Shown one piece after another: positions 37,483-48,700 of a stretch of DNA of 64,000 bases (position 1 is its first letter; each line of letters opens with the position of its first letter). Origin of the DNA: the human T2T-CHM13v2.0 reference genome, Homo sapiens. Made by a program: the position numbers and the translations under genes. The stretch is from assembly GCF_009914755.1 (NCBI RefSeq), contig NC_060942.1. One strand, given 5' to 3'. Under the pieces are notes generated by a model. That model saw only the letters and a list, made by a program, of their open reading frames with translations, was not told where the DNA came from and made no database searches.

Positions 37483-38724
37483 TGTCATGGGCTTGCTGTG
37501 AGGATGGAGAGAGGTGATGATCAGGTCTCATGTGCAGCGCAGGCCTGGCACATTAGAGAGCTGGACAATAGACATAGCTTTATTAATAACTACCCAATTA
37601 TAACAGTGCATATGCATTGATGTGTGCGTAGCTCTCCCTGTCTCCACCTAGCCTTGCAGCCAGACACCCCATTATTCTTTACCAGGGCAGTTGAATACCA
37701 CCCTCCTGACTGTGGGCTCAGACCCCAGAGTATCTCTCAAGGTGACAAGGAAGGAGGGCTTGGCTCTGGAGTGCCTGTGAGAGAAGTTTGGGGTGGGGAC
37801 CCAAGTGCCTGTCTCACTTGCTGGCACCCAGGAGGATGTGGAGAGGTTGCCTGTGGCCCTAGGGTCCTCCCGTCCACTGGCTCCCTGGCCCCAGCCCAGA
37901 GCCTCCCAGGTACCTGGGTGAATGATTACATCTCTCATTTGTAAGTAAAACAGCAGCGTCTCTCTTTGTGTGTTGCTTTTATTGTTTTTTTACTTTAAAA
38001 CAGGGAAAACGGGCCAGCGGTCTGCCTCAGGCATTTGGTCATGGCTCTGGGGGGCCAAAGAGAAGTTCCCAAGGAGCTCTTCCCTTCTAGGGGTTCAGAG
38101 AAACGAGCCAGCACGGTCAGGCTGGTGGGGGTGGCTGGGTCGGGATATGTGGGCCACAAGGACACAGATCGTGGGGCAAGCTGGGTGGGAAGGCTCCAGA
38201 CGCAGCAGTGGGGCAGGGAGGAGGGAGCTCTGCGACCTACATCACCACTGTGAATCTGGCTGACTCACCCCTGGACAGCAGTTCCCGCTCTCCCTGCTGC
38301 GTGGAATGCAACCTTGGCATCCTGGGAAAGATGCTCCAAGAAAGGGCAGCAGCAGTGGCCCTGGCAAGGGCTGGAGGGAATGAAGCTACAGCATGAGGGA
38401 TTTAGGTGGGAGCATGGGAGGGACAGAGCTGGGCTAAGTTCTGTGAGATGGTGCAGGACAATTTGAGGCAGGAGGAACAGTTTCCTTTATCTCATTCATT
38501 AATGACAAAGTGAGGGCTGGCAGTGTCAGTGTGGGTGAGCACCTGCCTGGAGGTGGAGTGGGGGCATGGGGAAGGAGGACTCCCAGCATCCTCTGTTCTA
38601 GGCTTCACGCATGCATGACCTCATAGTGTGCATCACACAGTCTGTGACCTAATTGATGCTCAGTCCACACTGAGGAGGAACAATAATCACATCTAGGAAG
38701 TCTTGTTTAATTTGTTCTATTATA

Positions 38725-39690
38725 AATGACTTTAAATACCATGACATATTGATGCCTCTCAAATTTATACCTCCAGCCCAGATCACCACTCTGAGCTCCA
38801 GGATCATATTCCACCTGCCTTCCTAATGCCTCTCCTTGGACATCTAACAGGCCTCCCGCTCTCAGCAAGGCCAAATCAGAATTTTGATCATCCATCCCTA
38901 AAACATGTTCCTTCCCAGTAAACGGCCCCACTCAGCACTGAGTGCCTCTATTCGTCCTGGGCGCCTCTCTTTCTCCCCACATCACACCCAATCCACCAAC
39001 AAGTCCTGGGACCCCTATCTCCCAAACACATCCTGACCCCGTCTGTTTCTCGCACCTTCACTGCCCTTCTTAATCCATGCCCCACCATTGCTCCTCTGGC
39101 TGCCCCCCTCCGTGTCTGCTCTCCTATAGCAGCTGGCTCCACACAGCAGCCGAAAGATCTCTGTGAAACATACATCGGAACATGGCTCTTCCAACACTTC
39201 TTGCTAACCTTAGAAAACAATTCAGACACCCCTGCCAGGCCTGATACAACCTGCCCCCACCAGCCCCTCCCACCTAATTCTCCCCATTACCCCAGGACAC
39301 GCCTGTCACACTGCTCTTCCTCCTGTCTCTTGAACACACAAAGCCCATTCCTGCCTCCGGGCCTTTGCACCTGCTGTTCTCTCTGCTGGAAGTGCTTTCT
39401 CCCGCCATGTCTGCTTGTTGTTTGGATCTTGGCTTCACTGTCAGTTCCTCAGAGGAGCCCTCCCCACTGACACGTATACAGCGGCCCCAGTCATGCCTCT
39501 TCCATATGTTTTAATTCTCAGCACAACACTTATGATCAGGTTTTTAATTTTAATTTTTAATGTATCATCTGACTTCCTCATGAAAATGTGAGCTCCAGGA
39601 GATCCAGAGGTTTCTGTGCCATGGTCATCGTTGTGACTCCAGCAGTGGCACAGAGTGGGTGATCAGTAACTGTTTGTGAATGAGTGAATT
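38725..39690 (+). mobile_element. L2 (LINE-2) 3' portion, ~1 kb
   Basis: CAAATTTATACCTCCAGCCCAGA, GGACATCTAACAGGC, GGCCTTTGCACCTGCTGTTC, TGTGAGCTCC.., terminating in a TGAATGAGTGAAT tail. Confidence 0.85.
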
Positions 39691-40114
39691 ATTCAATCCT
39701 GATGGTGTTTGTGGGAGAAGGCCTTCTGCCTAGGGTAGAAGTGGGAGCTCATAAATGTGTTTCCTGGACTGGCTCTTGTGTACGAATTGCAAGACTAATT
39801 AAACTCATACATATTTGTGGAAATGCAAATATAATTTTATTTACCAATGACTGTAATAAAGGTAAATGCTCCTTACTTAAACAAACAATTCACTTTGGGA
39901 ATAGAGCTGTAAACAGAAGCAATAAATAAACACTCGTTATTGAGTGCTCGCTGTGCACCCACTGAACTTCACGAGCTGGCTGCTCTGATCTTCCATGGTG
40001 GCATCTACACTTAGGAAGGCTGAAGCCCAGTCATGAAGACCTCTACTCCCTGGATGTGGGTACTTAACCACAATAGGCACAGGCGCTCTTCCCCAAGCGT
40101 ACGACTCATGGGAG

Positions 40115-40560
40115 CATGGCTGGGCATCTTGGCTGTGCCACTTACTTGCTCCGTGCCCTGGGAAGTTAGGGCAGTTAAACTCTGTGCCTCTGTTTCTTTG
40201 TCTGTAAAACAGAAATTGAAATGTTCTCCTAGGAAAACTGGGAACATTAAATGAGATAGCACATTAGAGCACTTGGCATCATGCTGGGGATACGGTAAAT
40301 GATAAATACATGTTAACAATTCCTCTCTTATTATTATGATTATGATTATTATCATTATATGAGACTATTCTAGATGATTCTACATTTTCTCACTTAATTG
40401 CCATAATAACTCATGAAGCCAGTGTTGTTATTCTTGACTTACAGGTTAGGAGACGCTCCAAGCTCCAGGAATGAAATGCCTTGCCCCTGACCATTGCCTG
40501 GCTCTCAGACATGAAAACCCAAGTCTCTGGGCTCTAGATCCAGTGCTCTTTCTACGACAT
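40115..40560. mobile_element. Two MIRs in tail-to-tail (inverted) arrangement joined by an (ATT/ATG)n tract
   Basis: Plus-strand MIR ~40115-40330 (CTCTGTGCCTCTGTTTC..TGTAAAA..ATTAAATGAGATA) followed by a minus-strand MIR ~40360-40560 (CTCACTTAATTG..TTACAG..AACCCAAGTCT..CAGTGCTCTT). Confidence 0.55.
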
Positions 40561-41789
40561 CACTCCTGCCTCCCTTGAACTTGGTTAGAGCCCAATACTG
40601 ATGAGGACTCCCCATCACACCCACCTCCATTTTAACTCTTCAATCTCTGCATGGACTCAGCACCTCTGACTGTGGTCTCTGAGCAACCCCTCAAATCTTC
40701 CCATGCCTTCCCATCCCCAGCCTCCAAGAGCTCCCCAAGGGTTGCACCACCCTGGAATCTGAACTCTAAATCCAGCATGAACTTTACATCATAGGGTTAG
40801 AGGCTGTGAAACAGGAAGCGTTCTTCGAGGTGACCCATTTCATTCCCATCCCGAGAGGAAGAAATGGAGCTCCACAGGTGCCCAGTGACTTACTCAAAGG
40901 AGTTCCTGGACTAGAATGAAAGGCTTCCTCCCTCCTCCAAACCCAGGCCGTACCCTGACCTACCTCCCCCAAGCTGGGCATCTTCCCGGCCATCTCCCCA
41001 AGCAGGTGAGGGACACAGGGCCTCTCAAGTCAGGTTGTTGGTGGTGGGTGGCAGGGGCTGAATTTACTTTTGCTTGGGCATGGCTTTTTTTGTGTGTTAC
41101 CTCCCCATGAGTGTGTGAGCCTCCTGGGCAGGGGCTGTGGCTCTGCCTCCTGCTCCTCACATGATGTGCAGCCCAGCACTGGGCACAGTGTGGGTGAGCA
41201 AGAACGCAGCCTAGGTTGCATGAGGCACCTGGCTGGAACCAGCAGCCGGACCTAAGCACAATGACCAAAACCTTCACAGTCATTATCTCTGGGGAGTGGG
41301 AATATGGGTGTCCTCTTCTTGCTACATTGTCATCTTGTTTATTTTTTCTGTGACAAATACTATTGGCAATGAAAATATTTACAATACACTTAGTATTGAA
41401 AAAACAACTGGTCTTTTCTGGGGACCAATTGATGGCCCCTCCATTCCCTCTAGATGAATGAGAGAGGCCGCTACGTGGTCTGTGCCGCTGGGCAGGGAGG
41501 CTGAAGCTCCAGGGAGGCTGAAGCTTGGGGGACTCTGAGAGACTGATGGGGCTGCAGCAGTTAGAGGCTTCCTGGAGGAGGCTCGGTGCGGTCTGTCCAG
41601 AGAAGCAGGCCTTGGCTTGGGGGAAGCAGGAGTGAAGAGGGTACCCCAGGTGGGGGAATAGCCTGAGCAGAGGTGCAGAGATGCAACTTACCTCCCAGGA
41701 AGGGAGGGCTGAGGTAAGGGCAAGGGCGGCAAGGCCAGGGATGTCCTAGGTTGTGAACTCTTTTACTTCCTTTTTTTTTTTTTTTCATT

Positions 41790-42035
41790 TGTTCAACAGC
41801 TACAATTATCTCAGGCTCACTATGTTTCAGGCTCTGTCAGATGCTCCACCGAAATCACTGCGTTCCACGTTCACAAGCAGCTCATCTAGGCAGGGTGTAA
41901 ATTCCCGTTTGCTAGACAGGGAGATTGAGGCCGACCAGTAGGTAAAGGGATTTGTCCAACTCACACAGCTTGTCAGCGGAGCTGCGGGGCTGGACCTCAG
42001 TGCTATGCATTGCATGGCCCTTGTGCTGCTTTCAA
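41790..42035 (-). mobile_element. MIR
   Basis: CAGGGAGATTGAGGCC..GGTAAAGGGATTTGTCCAACTCACACAGCT. Confidence 0.6.
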
Positions 42036-42569
42036 AGCCTCCACTCCCCACTGAATGGACTCTGGGAGGGGCTGGGAAGCTGTGTGAGGTGCTGAGCAGG
42101 GGAATGACTTCACAGCTGGGCACAGAATAGCTTCACCATTGAAAACAAAGAACTTGCACGTAATATGTCACCAGAGGAGTTGGCTGGCCTGTATGTGGGT
42201 ACGTGTGTGTGCTTGTACGTATGTATGTGTGTAAGTGTATCTGTGCATGTGTAGCTACGTGAGGATGAGAATTTAAGAGTGTGAGATTGGGATCCACTTC
42301 CTGCAAGTGGGGAAGACATGTCTGTTATGACAGTTATAACAACAGCCTAAGGAATCGGTTTTATGGCATAAGCAGATGGTTCCAAAAATGTAGGCTGTCA
42401 TTCCCCCGAGGAAGAAAGCTGAGCCCCAGGGGCCATGAGGCAAGCCACAGAAAGTTAGGGGATACTCAGGAGGGTGTCTGGTTGAGGCCTGAGGAAGCCG
42501 CAGCATTGTTGACAACTTGGACAGGGAGCTGATCCTGGGGCTCCAGGGACAGGCAACGTGACATGCATG

Positions 42570-42700
42570 GAGACCCCTAAAGCTGCTTTCCAACTTGCAG
42601 ATTCCTTTGCCTCATCCTCAGGGAATTCAAAAGTGTGGGGTTGAGGTCAGGAGCTTCGTTTCCCACCAGAATCCCAGGAGATTCTGATACATGTGTTCTG
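42570..42700. mobile_element. MER5-like fragment
   Basis: TGCAGATTCCT..CAAAAGTGTGGGGTTGAGG..CCCAGGAGATTCTGAT. Confidence 0.4.
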
Positions 42701-43329
42701 GGAGAGGCTGGGAAGGGTCAGGGTCTGGCCTCAGCTGCAGGAAGACCGGGCATAATAAGGGCACCAGTGCCCAACAGCAGCTTGCTGCAGATGCATTGGG
42801 CAAAGCACACAGCCTGGGTGTGAGGAGCGGGTAGTGTCCTCAGGGGCAAGAGTGGTGGGGCCTCCAGATGAGCGAATGGGTAACCACCAGATCTGTGCCT
42901 GAGATCCCAGGACTCCTGGGCAGGTAGGACTGGCCTTCCTCCTGCTGCCTAGTAGCAAAATGACTCACGCTGGAGCCAGAGGTGGGCTGGGGCCAGGCTT
43001 GGGGATGGCCTGGCTTTTGTGCCTGCACCCCAAGTAGCTGAATTCAGCCTCCAGGGGGCCCAGAGATGAGGCAAAGAGAATAAAAACATCTGTAGCTGGA
43101 CACATGGGCTAGGCTCAGGAGATCGGTGTTTCTGGACAGAAGGACAGGCCCAGGAGAGCAGAGATGCATTTAGCCAGACAGCATCTCCCTGGGCCCCACT
43201 CTGGCCCTTTCCTCAGGACACGTTGCTTCCAAGTGCTGCCTCTGGCCTCGCTGGTCGAGTCTGAGCACCATCTGCTCAAGCCTGGATGGAGGCAGTGGGG
43301 CAGGGGCCTCTCTTTTCCTGTGGCTGCCC

Positions 43330-44420
43330 CGTCTCTCTCTCTCACTCTCATATGCGTGTGTGTGGGCATACACACACACACACACACACACGGCCCTGCA
43401 CTTGTGGCTGTCTCCAAGAAGAGACCTCAGGGCTACCTTCTGGGGAGCTGACCCCCTCTTCTTCCGGTCTCCCAGGGAATCTGTGGGCAGAATGTGAGAA
43501 GATGCCACAGATGGCCCAGCCATGCATCCAAGAAAGTGGCGAGGTCTCTGGAGGACACTGTCTGACTTAGCGTCCCACCCAACTAGGTTGCCCACAACCA
43601 CACGTGTGTGGAGCCCTTTCTCCCCACATACTTTTCCCACACTCCTCCCCTACAACTGGCCAGAGGCCCCTCAAAAAGACACCCACGCTCACACACATTT
43701 GCAGAGAACTGCAGGCGTGCCCACCCAGGGAGTTGGACTCATCTCTTCTGTTTTTTACATGCACTTGGTAGAAACTGTAGTCATAGACGTACACACAATC
43801 TGTCACTAAAAATTGGCCCACCCGAGCCCGTCGCAGCCCACACACACTTGCATACACTCAGCATGTATGAGCATACACGTCCGCACATCTCCTCATCTCC
43901 TCGCCCAGGTCTCACAGGCCGGGATTGGAGTGTACTCACTTGGAAGTGGTGTGTGGGCAGGTGCACACACGCTCACTACATACTTGCACCCACGCACATG
44001 TATGCGCACACACACACACACACAGTTCTCACTGCAGCTGCAGAGTAAAAGGCTACCAATTCCAGAATCCTGGTCAGACTCAGAGCACTTCATTCAGGCT
44101 GTGGACAGACGTGGTCCTGGTGTGAGATACCTCTGGACCCTGAGCTGGGAGGGAAAGGGTCGGGCTCTGCCAGATAGCAAGTCCCAGGATAAGGGAGCTT
44201 TGCAGCCTGGGAGGAATGAAGACAGCCCTCTGGGCATCCTCCCCTCTCTTTCCAGAACAGCGTAGAAAACACAGCTCTCCCACACATGACACACACTGAC
44301 CCACACAGCACCAACACACACGTGCATGCTCCAGCAGAACCACAGGATGCAGTGTAAATATAAAACCCATGTCTACAACATGAATCTACATGGCACACCT
44401 CTAGCAGACACACCACAGCC
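43330..44420. repeat. CA-rich low-complexity region with embedded (CA)n runs (43369-43391, 44007-44023)
   Basis: Recurrent CACAC/ACACAT units. Confidence 0.7.
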
Positions 44421-44756
44421 TGCTCTGTGCCATAGTCCCCAGAGGTGTCCACCAAGCCTCACCCCTTGCAGCCAGCTGGCACAGTTTGTCTACGCAGGAC
44501 AGGGCAACACATGCAGTACCTCCAGTGACAACCCCTCATCTCTCCTGTCCAGCACATGTAGCTCAAGTCAGTACTGCGAAAGAAGGCTGCCCCATCATCC
44601 CGGGACAGACTCAACTTCCAAATGGTCAGCTTATCCAGCAGATGGAGGAAACAGAGAAGTCATTCCTGGATCCTCAGGATTTTATTTTAAAGAAAAGAAA
44701 ACCATAGGTTTCCTGTTCCCTGGCGAACTCCTTACAACAATTAACCCTTTGCTTAG

Positions 44757-44775
44757 TGTATGTGTGTGTGTGTGT

Positions 44776-44806
<31 letters not shown>
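44757..44806. repeat. Interrupted (TG)n microsatellite
   Basis: Read directly. Confidence 0.95.
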
Positions 44807-44808
<2 letters not shown>

Positions 44809-45439
44809 TCTCTTAATACAGCTGAGCAGGGCCATCTTCTCTTCCAAATGTGTTCCCATGAGCCAACAGGAGCCCCCCCAGGCTGGAGCAGCCTTGGGTG
44901 GACGGCTGAGGGCTGGGTGTACAAAAACCTTCTTTCTCACTCAGCCACAGCCAGAGGTAGCCTGAATGCTGGTCACCAGGAGAGGCTGCAGCTGTAGACC
45001 TACCCTGCTCCTCTCCTTCCTTCCCAGTTGCCACCCCCTGGAGGCTGCCTCTTCTGCTCACAGGCCTCCCCTTACCTACCTGAGAGCTGTCTATAGCCAG
45101 TGCCTGGGGCTGGGTGGCTCTTGGAAGGCCTGCCCAAAATTTCTCCAGGTCCTGCCTTTAGTCTTGGTTAGACGAACAGAAATTTGGCCAAGATTCTGTG
45201 GGTTGACGCAGAAGGGAGATTGCAGGGGGAGTGCTCTCAGCAAATGCCTTCTGTTTATTTGCTGACTTCTAATGAGGATTTGGCCACAGACTTTATGGGG
45301 CCCCTGTGTTCCCGTCTCCCTTCCAAGCTGGGCCCCTGTCATCTCTCTCTCCAAACCAGCTGCTTTTACTTCTTCTTGCTAAAAAGTTAGGTGGATAAAT
45401 TGTGTCTCTGGCCTTGTGGTTAATTAAGCTTTGTCTTTA

Positions 45440-45772
45440 AGGAGTGGTATGTGAGTATGTGTGTCTGTGTGAGGGTATGTATCTGGGTCCGTGTGTGTAT
45501 CTCTATGTGCACTTCTTTATGGGTGCCAGAATGTTTCTATATGTGTGTGTCTATGAATGTGTTTGTGAATGTGTCTGCATTTTTGAGTGTGTGTGTGTGC
45601 TTGCATATATGAGTATCTATATGAATGCCTATTTCTGAGTGTGTTCCTATGGGTGTCTGTGTGTACTGATTTTTGAATCTCTATGTATGTGCGTATCTGT
45701 ATGAGGGTGTGTCTGTGTGAGTTATCTCTTTGTTTCCATAAATGTGTACACATCTCTGTGTGTGTGTGTGTG
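45440..45772. repeat. Degenerate TG-rich low-complexity block
   Basis: ~330 bp of TGTG/TATG/TCTG units. Confidence 0.85.
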
Positions 45773-48700
45773 TTTTTTCAGATCCTCCATACAAGACAGT
45801 GTGTGATAATTTAAGAAAACATTAGCCAGTAATGTCCCAGGGCTTCAGTTTTCCCATCTGCAAAATGAGGGAGATGTAAGAGATGATCTTTTTATTTACT
45901 TCCATAAAGGGAGCATGCAGTCAAGGAAGCGTGGCCGGCTTGAGCATATGACCAATCTGGGTGTATCTAACCTCAGTCGAGTTACTGCTCTCCGAGTTTC
46001 CATTTCTTTGGCATTCAAAGGGGCACAGTGACATCTCTATCGAAGCTTTGTCACGAGGATGTAATGAGATAAAACAAGTGAGAGGCTGTGTGTGTGTCAC
46101 TGTCACGTAGTAGGTGCATTGCCAATATCCCTTCCTACCCATCCTCAGGCCTTTGTGCCGCCCCTTATGTGCTGTTTCCGATAGTGAGCCGGACCCTCAG
46201 AGCTGATAGGGGTGCTGATAGGGGTGCTGGCCCTTAATGCATGACAGTGACCCTGGACATTTTAACTTTTGCACCGTGTTTTCCCTTCTCATATGATCCT
46301 CACAATGACCCTAAGCAATGGGTTGAGCAGGTGTTGCTGCAGTGATGTGAGAGCAGAAGGCCCAGGCTCTGAGCAAGGAGGTGAGGACACTGGTCCGTGC
46401 GGGAGCCAGAGCCAGCATGGGGCAAGGACCCAGGCATGTGGCTCCTACGTGGAGTACATCCTTGGCGTGCCAGCTACCTCTGCAGCAGGCAGTGTCCAAG
46501 GCACGAAACACTGCCCACCCCCAGGAGCCCTGCAACATCCAGGCCACCCCTGAATGATCAGGGCCAAGCTGGAGGGGCCTGTGCATGAGCCCCAGTCACA
46601 TGCGGACCGTCCACCGAACAGATGCGTGGAAACAGCCCTCCCCTCAGGAATCAGAGGGGTGACTGGTGAAGCGGGGCCAGTCGCTCCCAGAGCTGGTCCT
46701 GATTATCAGCAGGAAGCAGACTACCCTTATCCCAAACAGTCTACGCTGTTGTGGGTGCCCAAAGCCAGATTTATTAGCCTCATCACTCACTTTATTTAAA
46801 GGATTTGACTGTAAGTAGCATTTGCTATTTTTCTGAAATCCAAACCATCCTAGAGCAGTATGACCAGGACCCTGGAGAACAGAGGAGAAGGCAGCCTCCT
46901 GTTACTGTATGGGACTAGTCTCATAGCAAGAGGGCTTGGAAGGGGTGCACTCACTTGTACATTTAACTTTGGGCAGGTTTGAGACAGGGAAAAAAACTCC
47001 TACTCCTTGAACGAAAGGTTGCCCTTTGGCCAGGGGCTGCCCCGCAGGCCAGGCCTTACGAATCTGCCTGCCTGGTCAGCAGGTACACCTTTGCCCCTGA
47101 TCCCTGATTCACTGGTGACCCCTTCCCTGCCTTGCTGGCACACATCCTGAGCCAAGCCATTCTGCCGTATCCTGGCAGGATTTGACTAGGTTGTAATTTT
47201 CCTTCATGATCCCTTTTTCATTTTTCTTTATGAAAAAGGTATCAACTGTACCTGGTTGCAATAGGGATAAAAAGAGGTACTATATAAGAAAGTATTTTAC
47301 AGATTAAAATGCTATATAAATAGAAGGCATGCTATAATATAAATAAAATACATAATTTAACTTCTATGATACAGTGCACAAGATGCATGGTTCAACTTTA
47401 AATGACCAAAACACTTTTATATATAGGTTATATATATGCAGTATAACCTATCACTTAATCTGGTATATAATGTGGTTGATAGTATGTCCTGTGATCCATA
47501 CAATTATATAATATCTTATGACATATCATATCCCCAGCTCAGAGAAAAGTAGAATCAAAATCAGTCGACATTAGGCTATTTTGGCATTCGAAACACAAGC
47601 CCCAGATTTGTGATTTTAACAGCTGAAGCTGGGAGGAAGAAAACTAAAAATACTAATGGGGAAGATATCTCCATCAACTGGCAATGTGGTCCAATGGGTG
47701 GGGGGGGCGGGGATCCGTGGGAAGAAAGAAACCCCAAGAATAGGTCTGGGGAGGGGGCTCAGCAGGGAAAGGGGCCTCTCAGGAGGAGCTGGAAGAGTTG
47801 GGCTTGGCAGTGATTGTTCCTACTATTTATGAAGCCAGATGAGGAGCTATAGGGCTTGCAGTGGCCCCTGTGTCTGCTGATTAGCTGGAGATTATATTGA
47901 TGATGTAATAAAAATTCACTTTGTCTATTAAGTTTCATCAGGACAATCAGGGAGAGATTAGATAAAAATCAGGGGAAATGAATAATAGAATGGAGGAGGA
48001 AAGCCACACATCCCACCCATGCTGTGGTCTCTGCCTGCCTCTCCTTTTTCCTGCCCCCAAGGGAGCATGAACCAAGAAGCCCCTGCCCTGTACCCAGACC
48101 AAGCTAAGCTGAAACTTTCCCAGAGTTGGTGCTCTTAAGGAGGGACGTGGTGTTCCAGATATGACGTTGGTTTAAGTTTACGGACCATGTTTAATATTTG
48201 ATTAAACCTTTGGCATGGCAGCCTCTGTGATCCGCAGGCCCCACTGGGAGCCCAGCAAAGAGATCAGCCCGTCCGCTGGCTGCCTGGGTCCCTCTCTGCT
48301 GCAGCAGGGGAGGTGGAGTTCTGCCTGGGCAACAGAGCTGGAGGCCGGGCAGACCTCTGCTGCCTCCCAGTAGACAGAGGTGTCCCTGCCTCACGCTGGC
48401 TCCCTCTGGCCTGGCCTGTGCCAGAAAATTCCCCCCGATTAGAGACGTTTCTTTGGGTTAAGGACTGGGCTCTAAAAGGTCCCTGTTAAAAGGCACGTGG
48501 CAACAGAGATGGTAACACATTAATGTCCATTAGCCACCAGGGACACATCGGCCCAGTTTGATTTGTCAGACCAACAAGGGGCAAGGCATTGAAATGATAG
48601 GAAAAGGAGGTCACTTTTGGTTGGGTACCGTTGCTTGAGAGCCCTCAGTCCTGGTTTGGTGGCCTGGGGGTTGGGGTTTGGGACTTGGGGTGGGGAGTGT

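Noticed and set aside
41686-41710. Minus-strand GAG|GTAAGT as a recursive splice site
   Set aside because: Acceptor is GAG rather than YAG with a short pyrimidine tract, in repeat-like sequence; isolated donors are common in long introns.
46202-46229. 12-bp tandem duplication GCTGATAGGGGT x2 (similar small duplications near 3539, 14163, 24033, 41496)
   Set aside because: Ordinary slippage-type micro-duplications with no sign of function.
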